DNA of 64,000 nt from positions 12,718-76,717 of IMG/VR virus record IMGVR_UViG_3300045971_000385; one strand, given 5' to 3'. Below are positions 57,199 to 64,000 of this stretch, piece after piece (the stretch's first letter is position 1; each line of letters opens with the position of its first letter). The stretch is from a virus. The position numbers were made by a program, and so were the translations under genes. Under the pieces are notes generated by a model. That model did not search any database. It was not told where the DNA came from and saw only the letters and a list, made by a program, of their open reading frames with translations.

Positions 57199-60073
57199 TA
57201 ATTATGTTGCTGCTTGGCATGATTATAAAACAGATAAAGTTGTTGTATTAGAACGAGATGCTAGTGGGAAGATGTATCGTAAGCGCTATAATTCCCCATA
57301 TTATTTTTATGTGCCGGATGAAGAAGGGGAATACACTTCTATATTTGGTGATAAATTATCTAAGTTAGCTTTTGACACTAAGCAGGATTTTGATGCTGCT
57401 AAAAGTGCTGAGCCTAAAAAATTCGAATCCGATTTTACGCCACTAAAACGAATCTTAATGGATGTTTATTACAAACGTCCTGCACCACCAATCTATTATG
57501 CCTTCTTGGATATTGAGGTTGATTATGCACAAAAATTAGGATTTGCTGGTCCAACTAATCCATATGCTATTATTAATGCCGTCACGGTTTATCAGTCTTG
57601 GACTGGTAAATTTTTAACTGGTGTGGTTCCACCATTAGTTGATATTACTAATGAAGATGGAAGTATAACACAGATTTTGTGGACTAAGATACCAGGTAAT
57701 ACTGTTGCTAAATTATATGATGAAATAAATTCATTAATAGCGGCAAAAGAATTGCGTGCTGGTTTTATTCCTGAAATAGTAATTTATAATACTGAAGCTG
57801 AATTAATGCAATTCATGCTTAATGCTATTGTTGAAGCAGATATTATATCCGGTTGGAATTCTACATTTTACGATATTCCATATATTGCTGAAAGATTGCT
57901 GCTTCTTGGCGGCGAACAATTAATGCAGCGATTAGAACATGTTGGTGTTCGTGCTCCACGCAAAGAAATGGTTAATCGTTTTGGTACAGAAGAAATTACA
58001 TATAAATTCCAAGGTCGTGCCCACTTAGATTACATGGAGTTATTTAAAAAGTTTACTTTTGAAGGTCGTGTATCTTATGCACTTGGAAATATTCTTCAAG
58101 AAGAAGTTGGTGTTGGTAAATTAGATTTCGATGGTACATTGGAAGAATTATACCATAATGAATTTCCAAAATTTGTAGCATATAACTTTAGAGATGTTGA
58201 CGGATTAGTTCAATTAGATTCTAAATTTAAATTCATGGCTATTGCAAATCAAATGGCACATGAAAATACGGTCAATTTTGAGGCAACACTTGGTACTGTA
58301 GCATATGTAGAAACTGGTATTGCTAATCATGCTCACTACGAATTAAATAAAATTGTTCCAGATAAAAATATCATTAAAAACAAAAAAGTTGAGGGTGCTA
58401 TAGTTTTAACACCAACAATTGGATTGCATGAATGGATTGGATCAGTAGATATTAATTCACTATATCCAAATACAATTCGATCATTAAATATTTCTCCAGA
58501 AAAGATTATTGGTCAATTTGAAATTCATGGAACTAATGATGAGAAAGAACAGGCATGGAAAGATATTGCTGGTTTATCTTATGATTCACATCCGGAAACA
58601 AATCATACTTTATTCTTAGAATCTGGCGAACAGTTATTAATGACAGGTGTGGAGTGGAAAAAGTTGTTAGTTGATAATAAGTGGGCAATTTCTGCTTATG
58701 GAACAGTATTCGATCAATCATGCGGTAAGGGTGTTGTTGCTGATATTCTTGGTTACTGGTATGATGAACGTAAACGTCTTCAAGCTGAAAAGAAAAAGTA
58801 TGCCAAATTAGCTAAAGCGGAAAAAGATCCTATTAAGAAAGCTGAATATGAAAAGCTAGAAGAACAGTTTGACTTGCTTCAGCTTACTAAAAAGATCTCA
58901 ATGAATTCTCTTTATGGAGCTTTATTGAATGCAGCTTTTAGATTTGGTGACGAACGAATGGGAGCATCTACAACCGGTACTGGTCGAGCAATTACTACTC
59001 ACATGCTTTATACTATCGAAGAATTAGCTACTGGAAAAGCAAAACGATATGCTAAAGTATTAGGTGTAGAAAAAGTAAAACTGGATAAAGATAATAATGA
59101 AATTTTTAGTAATGGTATGTTTTACATGCTTAAACGTAACCAGTGGGATAAAAATAGAAAACTATTTTTAAACAAAAATGCTCAACCACCAGAAGATTTT
59201 GAAGATTTTGAAGCAATCATTTACGGTGATACCGATTCTGCCTACTTCCACACTAATGCTACAAATAAAGAAGATGCAATTTTAATAGCTGATGAGATTG
59301 CAACTCTAACAAATAACACGTTTCCTAAGTTCATGATTGATGCTTTTAATTGTCAGCCAGAATTTAATGGCTTGATTAAAGCTGGTAGAGAACTTGTTGG
59401 CGAACGCGGTTTATTTCAAGCTAAAAAGAAGTATATTATTAAGGTTGTTGACTTAGAAGGTTTTGCTGTTGATAAAATGAAGTCAATGGGATCAGAAATT
59501 AAGAAAGCTGATACACCAAAAATCATTCAGAAGTTTCTTAAAGAAACAATGGATAAAATTTTAAGTGGTATTAAGTATCCTGAAGTTGCAACATTTGTTA
59601 ATCAGCAACGCAAAACGGTTCTTAAGAACAAACTGAATGTCTTCCAATTGGGGGTTGCAAAACAAGTAAATAATCTTGATAAGTACACCGCTGAATATTT
59701 GAACCCCGGTTCGATGACAACAATCAATCCAGCAACAGGTAAAGATAAAAAATTAACTATTACTGGACAGGCTAGAGCAGCATGTAATTACAATTACTTG
59801 CTAAATGAATTAGAACCAGGAGCTAAACCAGTTTCTGCAGGTGATAAAATTCTAATTTATTATTTGAAGCCGAATGATTATGGATTTAAATCTATTGGAT
59901 TCCCAGCTGAGATATCCCATTTTCCTGAGTGGTTTATAGAAAATTTTGCAGTTGATATCAGTTTAACAGAAGATAAAATGTTTGACAGTAAATTAGAAGG
60001 TATTTTTAACGCGCTTGGTGAAGATGTTCCTTCACCGCAATCAGTTTTAACAAACAGTATTTTGGATTTTTAA
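57182..60073 (+). CDS. DNA polymerase family B (T4 gp43-like)
   Basis: DIEVD, GWNSTFYD, YNFRD, VDINSLYP, KISMNSLYG, YGDTDS, KKKY. Confidence 0.98.
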   Translation: MTQDNNNYVAAWHDYKTDKVVVLERDASGKMYRKRYNSPYYFYVPDEEGEYTSIFGDKLSKLAFDTKQDFDAAKSAEPKKFESDFTPLKRILMDVYYKRPAPPIYYAFLDIEVDYAQKLGFAGPTNPYAIINAVTVYQSWTGKFLTGVVPPLVDITNEDGSITQILWTKIPGNTVAKLYDEINSLIAAKELRAGFIPEIVIYNTEAELMQFMLNAIVEADIISGWNSTFYDIPYIAERLLLLGGEQLMQRLEHVGVRAPRKEMVNRFGTEEITYKFQGRAHLDYMELFKKFTFEGRVSYALGNILQEEVGVGKLDFDGTLEELYHNEFPKFVAYNFRDVDGLVQLDSKFKFMAIANQMAHENTVNFEATLGTVAYVETGIANHAHYELNKIVPDKNIIKNKKVEGAIVLTPTIGLHEWIGSVDINSLYPNTIRSLNISPEKIIGQFEIHGTNDEKEQAWKDIAGLSYDSHPETNHTLFLESGEQLLMTGVEWKKLLVDNKWAISAYGTVFDQSCGKGVVADILGYWYDERKRLQAEKKKYAKLAKAEKDPIKKAEYEKLEEQFDLLQLTKKISMNSLYGALLNAAFRFGDERMGASTTGTGRAITTHMLYTIEELATGKAKRYAKVLGVEKVKLDKDNNEIFSNGMFYMLKRNQWDKNRKLFLNKNAQPPEDFEDFEAIIYGDTDSAYFHTNATNKEDAILIADEIATLTNNTFPKFMIDAFNCQPEFNGLIKAGRELVGERGLFQAKKKYIIKVVDLEGFAVDKMKSMGSEIKKADTPKIIQKFLKETMDKILSGIKYPEVATFVNQQRKTVLKNKLNVFQLGVAKQVNNLDKYTAEYLNPGSMTTINPATGKDKKLTITGQARAACNYNYLLNELEPGAKPVSAGDKILIYYLKPNDYGFKSIGFPAEISHFPEWFIENFAVDISLTEDKMFDSKLEGIFNALGEDVPSPQSVLTNSILDF

Positions 60074-60074
60074 A

Positions 60075-60806
60075 ATGAAACTTACAACTAAAGACACAGC
60101 AGCACTAAATGCTTTACTATTCACATGCAACATCTGTGATTTTGAATCGGTTATTATTGAGAATGGGATAGCTAGAGCAGCAAATGAATCTAAAACATGT
60201 GCATTCATTTCTGATTTTGAGATTCCAAATTTCTCTCAGACTATAGGACTGACAAGAATAAGTGCTTTGCGTCAGCGACTAGATATTTTTGCTGGTAATA
60301 ATAACACAGAAATAGATGCCAAAGAATCTGACAAGGGTGAAATTAGTTCTTTAGAGATTTCAGCAGGAAAGAATAAAGTTCAATTCCGCTGCACATCTAC
60401 GCAGTTAATTAAAGCGCCGAAAAGTATTAATGGCAATTTAGTAAATCGTGTTGGTGTAAAGAAAGAAGAACTGAAAATGGTATTCAGTGCTATCAAAGCA
60501 ATGGGTGCTAAGAAGATTCTTCTTACTATCAGACAGAATGGCGAAGTTTCATTTAGAGTATCAGATGCAACAAATGACGATTTTGTTGTCTCATTAGATG
60601 AAAAAGTTCAGCGGCTGAGTGATGAATCAATGGATTCTACTGCTCATTATTATGATGCTGCAATCTTTTCGAATGTATTTAAGCCGAGCTATGATGAATT
60701 TTCTGTTATTTCTTTTGATGTGGGTGATGTAGGTATCATTCAATTAAAAGTAAATGGACACAACGTAGTTCTAATCCCACAAATTAACGAAGATGAGGAC
60801 GATTAA
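60075..60806 (+). CDS. Sliding clamp (gp45-like)
   Basis: Size 243 aa, position after polB, MKLT..T...L N-terminus, acidic alpha/beta pattern. Confidence 0.65.
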   Translation: MKLTTKDTAALNALLFTCNICDFESVIIENGIARAANESKTCAFISDFEIPNFSQTIGLTRISALRQRLDIFAGNNNTEIDAKESDKGEISSLEISAGKNKVQFRCTSTQLIKAPKSINGNLVNRVGVKKEELKMVFSAIKAMGAKKILLTIRQNGEVSFRVSDATNDDFVVSLDEKVQRLSDESMDSTAHYYDAAIFSNVFKPSYDEFSVISFDVGDVGIIQLKVNGHNVVLIPQINEDEDD

Positions 60807-61167
60807 TATGCAAGAACCAACACGAGCAAGTGATCAAACAACTGACATGATGATGGCCAAGAATGCAGGAGATAAATTAGTAGCAGCATTGGCTGAATTA
60901 TCTAAATGGAAGATGGAAATATCATGCGAAGTGGAACATGATTTAAATCTTAGAATCACTGTGCGTAAGCATGATGGTTCTGGATTAATTAAAGTTCTAA
61001 CTAAAGACCAAGTATTGTATTTTGTTGATGATAGCCAGGCATTTGTTCAACAGCTGGCTTGGGAAATTTTTGAGATGCTTCTTAAAGATCAGATCGTTAA
61101 ATTTTTAAGTGATCCTATAACCAAAGCAATGGCAAACATTACTATGATAGTGAGCAAATCACCATGA
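60793..61167 (+). CDS. Hypothetical protein
   Basis: Operon ORF (the start may be slightly downstream). Confidence 0.65.
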   Translation: MRTINMQEPTRASDQTTDMMMAKNAGDKLVAALAELSKWKMEISCEVEHDLNLRITVRKHDGSGLIKVLTKDQVLYFVDDSQAFVQQLAWEIFEMLLKDQIVKFLSDPITKAMANITMIVSKSP

Positions 61168-61469
61168 AAAGAAAATTTCTAATATGGCTTCAAGAATGGT
61201 TAGTAAGAAATTCTAAGACTCCTTGGTCGTGCTTTGAGACAGGTGGACCAGATAGTGAAGGTCGATTAGAATTTTCTATTAGCTGGAATAAAGCATTTAT
61301 TAACAATCTTCATAATCATGGTATTCAAGAATTGAATGATGAGCAGACTGTTCAAATGTTCTTTATTCAGTCAAGAATGCTGCCAGAAGAACTTATTGAT
61401 GATCAAGATACAGTTAATCCAGCTGAGATGCCTAACTTAACAAATGAAGCAAATACGTTGAGGCGTTAA
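61164..61469 (+). CDS. Conserved phage hypothetical protein
   Basis: FSISWNKAFI..L...G motif. Confidence 0.7.
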   Translation: MKRKFLIWLQEWLVRNSKTPWSCFETGGPDSEGRLEFSISWNKAFINNLHNHGIQELNDEQTVQMFFIQSRMLPEELIDDQDTVNPAEMPNLTNEANTLRR

Positions 61470-61744
61470 TGGTTAATCCAGATAGAGTAAAATCTAGAAA
61501 GATTATGGAAGACATGGTCAATAGTAACTAGAGAGCTGATGTTAATATTATTTTGAATAATCTGCTAGCTCGTGTTACTGAATTATCACCTCATGAATTG
61601 GTTGGCGCATTACGATGTGGTGCTGCTATTACTAGAAAATCAGCTGAACATACAGCACTATTAATAGCAGGACGAAAACATCTCTTAGCACATCATCCCA
61701 AAGAGCAAGTAGATAGCTGGTTAATTGGGTTAGATAGACCTTAA
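61469..61744 (+). pseudogene. 91-codon gene interrupted by a single in-frame TAG (codon 21)
   Basis: ATG at 61469 with GAGG RBS and TAATG coupling, in frame with the track ORF 61553..61744; TAG at 61529-61531. Confidence 0.6.
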
Positions 61745-61760
61745 ATAAGGAATTTTTAAA

Positions 61761-62042
61761 ATGAAAAACTTTTTACCATTTGGCAGACTGCTTGGTTGGT
61801 CTAAAAGCACTTACATGCAGGAAAATCCAGGGCATAAGGTGGTTTTTAATGGCAATATCTGTACTAAATCTAGTGGTAAGATTTGGTATGGTGATTTAGA
61901 TCTAACAATAGATAATGAAGCTTTAGAAGCTCTTGCAAAATCTGTCGGTGAACCAATTTATATTCTCAATGAACATGATGGACGATTTGATCGAGCAAAG
62001 AATCCTTTGCTCGAGATGGCAGTTAAAATAATTAAAGGTTAA
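61761..62042 (+). CDS. Conserved phage hypothetical protein
   Basis: GR...SKS.Y, VFNGN, WYGDLDLT, E.DGRF. Confidence 0.75.
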   Translation: MKNFLPFGRLLGWSKSTYMQENPGHKVVFNGNICTKSSGKIWYGDLDLTIDNEALEALAKSVGEPIYILNEHDGRFDRAKNPLLEMAVKIIKG

Positions 62043-62045
62043 AAC

Positions 62046-62483
62046 ATGACTGAAACAACAATACATTCTCAATATTATATTGATGACGAAGAAACATCAG
62101 TAGAAGAAATACAATTTATCTGTTCTAAGATTATGGATATGTTAAAGCAAGATGCTTTTGATTTCATGATGGGTAGTGAAGGCTCTCATTCTGATTATGA
62201 TCAGTGTGTCCAAAATGTAGACTCCATGCTGGGTGACATGGTGAATAATATAACTAATTATAAAACCATTGCTTTAGCCTGTCATCTTAGATATACTTTT
62301 AACATAAAAGAAAAATTAAATAATTGGGATTCATTATTATTTGCCAGTATTAAACTTTCAAATGAACGAAAATGTGATACCGATTCAATGTTTATGGGGT
62401 TATCATCTTCGAGAAGTTTGAAATATATTATGCCAATAGAACAAAAAGATTCAATAGGCGTAATACAGCTGAACGCAGTTTAA
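62046..62483 (+). CDS. Hypothetical protein
   Basis: Operon ORF. Confidence 0.65.
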   Translation: MTETTIHSQYYIDDEETSVEEIQFICSKIMDMLKQDAFDFMMGSEGSHSDYDQCVQNVDSMLGDMVNNITNYKTIALACHLRYTFNIKEKLNNWDSLLFASIKLSNERKCDTDSMFMGLSSSRSLKYIMPIEQKDSIGVIQLNAV

Positions 62484-62507
62484 AATAATTTTCCGGCATG
62501 ATATAAT
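62478..62507 (+). promoter_or_regulatory. Early promoter
   Basis: GTTTAA-N18-TATAAT with TG extension. Confidence 0.75.
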
Positions 62508-62528
62508 ATCATATAGGAGCAAATTAAA

Positions 62529-62735
62529 ATGATGATTGTAGACTTACAGAGATTACAGGAAGCAGTGGATTATATTACTATCGTTAATTCAGTTGATTTA
62601 GATCAGATTGAATGGCGTAGAGATAATAAACAGGTTCATATAGAACCAGAGCTGATTGAAGAATGGAAATTCATTGGTTTAACTAATGTTACTTTTGCTA
62701 GAAATTATCCGCAACTAATTAAGGATACAGAATGA
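62529..62735 (+). CDS. Hypothetical protein
   Basis: AGGAG RBS. Confidence 0.7.
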   Translation: MMIVDLQRLQEAVDYITIVNSVDLDQIEWRRDNKQVHIEPELIEEWKFIGLTNVTFARNYPQLIKDTE

Positions 62736-62929
62736 TTCCCACCGAAGCAACTCTGCAGCACCAGCAAGATGAGTTAAATGCCGAAATAAGAAAATCTTTT
62801 CTAGAATATGATGAGGAGATGACACAACGTTTTGATTCATCTGTCTCACCTATTGATATTTTTACTGCGGGATATCTAGCTGCAATGTTTTACTGCGGAG
62901 TACCCCTCAGTAATGACGAATTTAAATAA
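62732..62929 (+). CDS. Hypothetical protein
   Basis: ATGA coupling. Confidence 0.65.
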   Translation: MIPTEATLQHQQDELNAEIRKSFLEYDEEMTQRFDSSVSPIDIFTAGYLAAMFYCGVPLSNDEFK

Positions 62930-62944
62930 AATGAGATCAGAATT

Positions 62945-63940
62945 ATGAAACGAATGATTGTAGATACAGCAAACTTGCTGTTTAGAGTTGCATCAGCCCA
63001 CGGTAAATATAATACTGGTGGAACGCCAGAAGAAAAAGCTGGACTAGCGATGCATATGAGTTTAACCAGTTTAAATAAACACTACAAGAAATATAAACCT
63101 GATCAAATCGCCATCACTTTTGAAGGTGCTAAAAATTGGCGCAAGGGATATACTAAATCTCAAGAGTGCGTATCTAAACAGGGCTATAAAGCTAATCGAG
63201 TTAAGGATGCTTCGATGGATGCATTCTTTGAATTGATCAATTCATTTGAAGACTTAGCTCGCAATCATACTTCACTTGTATGTTTATCAAATCCAATTCT
63301 TGAAGGTGATGATGTCTTTGCTGGGTATGTAGATTATTTCTGCGAACAGGGCGATGATGTTATTGGTATTTCTGGAGATAAGGATTTTGTTCAGCTACTG
63401 AATCATAAAAACTTTACTCTAATTAATCCCGATACAAGCAAGCCTCGTACTCTGCTTGATGTATGTGAAGTGGATGATGCTAATTATTTCATGTTTGAAA
63501 AAGCATTTCGAGGAGATACTGGTGATAATGTTATGTCAGCATATCCTAAAGTTCGTAAGACTAGATTGCAAAAATGTTTAGTTGACGAGTATGAAATGAT
63601 TAAAATTATGAATGAGACTTGGTCTATTACAGATCCAGAAACACAGGTGGTTAGAACATTTAGAGTTGGCGATCTTTACGAAGAAAATCACACACTTATG
63701 AATCTCCGTAAACAACCAGACTATGTTCGACAAGCTATCAAAGATACGCTAGAACATGCATTAATTAACCATGGTAAATTTTCTCACTTTCAATTCAGTA
63801 AATTTTGCGGAAAATACGGACTGAAACAGATTGGAGATAACTCTGCACAATTTGCGGATATGTTTGGAGTAACAGGAAATAGATCTCCACTAAAAGAAGA
63901 AACAACAGCAGCCCGTAAATCTGCAATCTTGGAGTTCTAA
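62945..63940 (+). CDS. rnh: RNase H / 5'-3' exonuclease (T4 rnh-like)
   Basis: IVDTANL, WRK..YKANR, LEGDD, SGDKDFVQL, GDTGDNV. Confidence 0.93.
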   Translation: MKRMIVDTANLLFRVASAHGKYNTGGTPEEKAGLAMHMSLTSLNKHYKKYKPDQIAITFEGAKNWRKGYTKSQECVSKQGYKANRVKDASMDAFFELINSFEDLARNHTSLVCLSNPILEGDDVFAGYVDYFCEQGDDVIGISGDKDFVQLLNHKNFTLINPDTSKPRTLLDVCEVDDANYFMFEKAFRGDTGDNVMSAYPKVRKTRLQKCLVDEYEMIKIMNETWSITDPETQVVRTFRVGDLYEENHTLMNLRKQPDYVRQAIKDTLEHALINHGKFSHFQFSKFCGKYGLKQIGDNSAQFADMFGVTGNRSPLKEETTAARKSAILEF

Positions 63941-63943
63941 ACT

Positions 63944-64000
63944 ATGAAACCTAATCTAGTTATTTTTAAACACCCAGAAGTAAATGAAAATAATGAACCA
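63944..64000 (+). CDS. Partial ORF at the window end
   Basis: ATG 3 nt after the rnh stop, open to the end of the window. Confidence 0.45.
   Translation, partial: MKPNLVIFKHPEVNENNEP

Noticed and set aside
57182-60073. Intein or intron in the DNA polymerase or topoisomerase
   Set aside because: Lengths are near normal; no intein termini, LAGLIDADG motifs or frame breaks
1-64000. Genome-wide stop-codon reassignment
   Set aside because: Long genes (polB, fibres, topoisomerase) are intact under code 11 and coding density is high; only one in-frame TAG was seen
1-64000. tRNA, rRNA, integrase, transposase, reverse transcriptase
   Set aside because: No recognisable motifs; intergenic gaps are short and mostly explained by promoters and terminators (a tRNAscan/Infernal run would confirm)

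Overview
A 64 kb AT-rich segment of a large T4-related lytic phage (probably a jumbo myovirus; host probably Gram-negative). Core genes include topoisomerase II (gp39/60 and gp52-like), thymidylate synthase, a family B DNA polymerase, a sliding clamp, a DsbA-like protein, RNase H, two RNA ligases, PhoH, ClpP and two DnaJ-like proteins. There is also a tail-fibre/adhesin block (about 18-35 kb). Two promoter classes are readable: ten sigma70-type early promoters (consensus GTKTAC-N18-TATAAT, mostly with TG extension) and T4 late-type (TA)TAAATA boxes. The most notable observations are: (1) a dispersed, apparently late-expressed set of glycosyltransferase-like, methyltransferase and radical-SAM genes next to Ser/Thr-rich fibre genes, a candidate virion glycosylation system; (2) seven late proteins sharing a T4 capsid-targeting-like MKxxE / MLKLLxE N-terminus, including two ADP-ribosyltransferase-like proteins, one near macrodomain, NDT-like and SLOG genes; (3) mosaic promoter cassettes (AAAACTGTTACA plus inverted repeats) heading single-gene insertions; (4) hairpins that would block premature expression of the ART-like and ClpP genes; (5) an RNA-repair/translation-rescue cluster; (6) a gene interrupted by one in-frame TAG. 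No tRNA, rRNA, CRISPR array, integrase or transposase was seen. All functional calls come from motif recognition by eye; no database searches were run.
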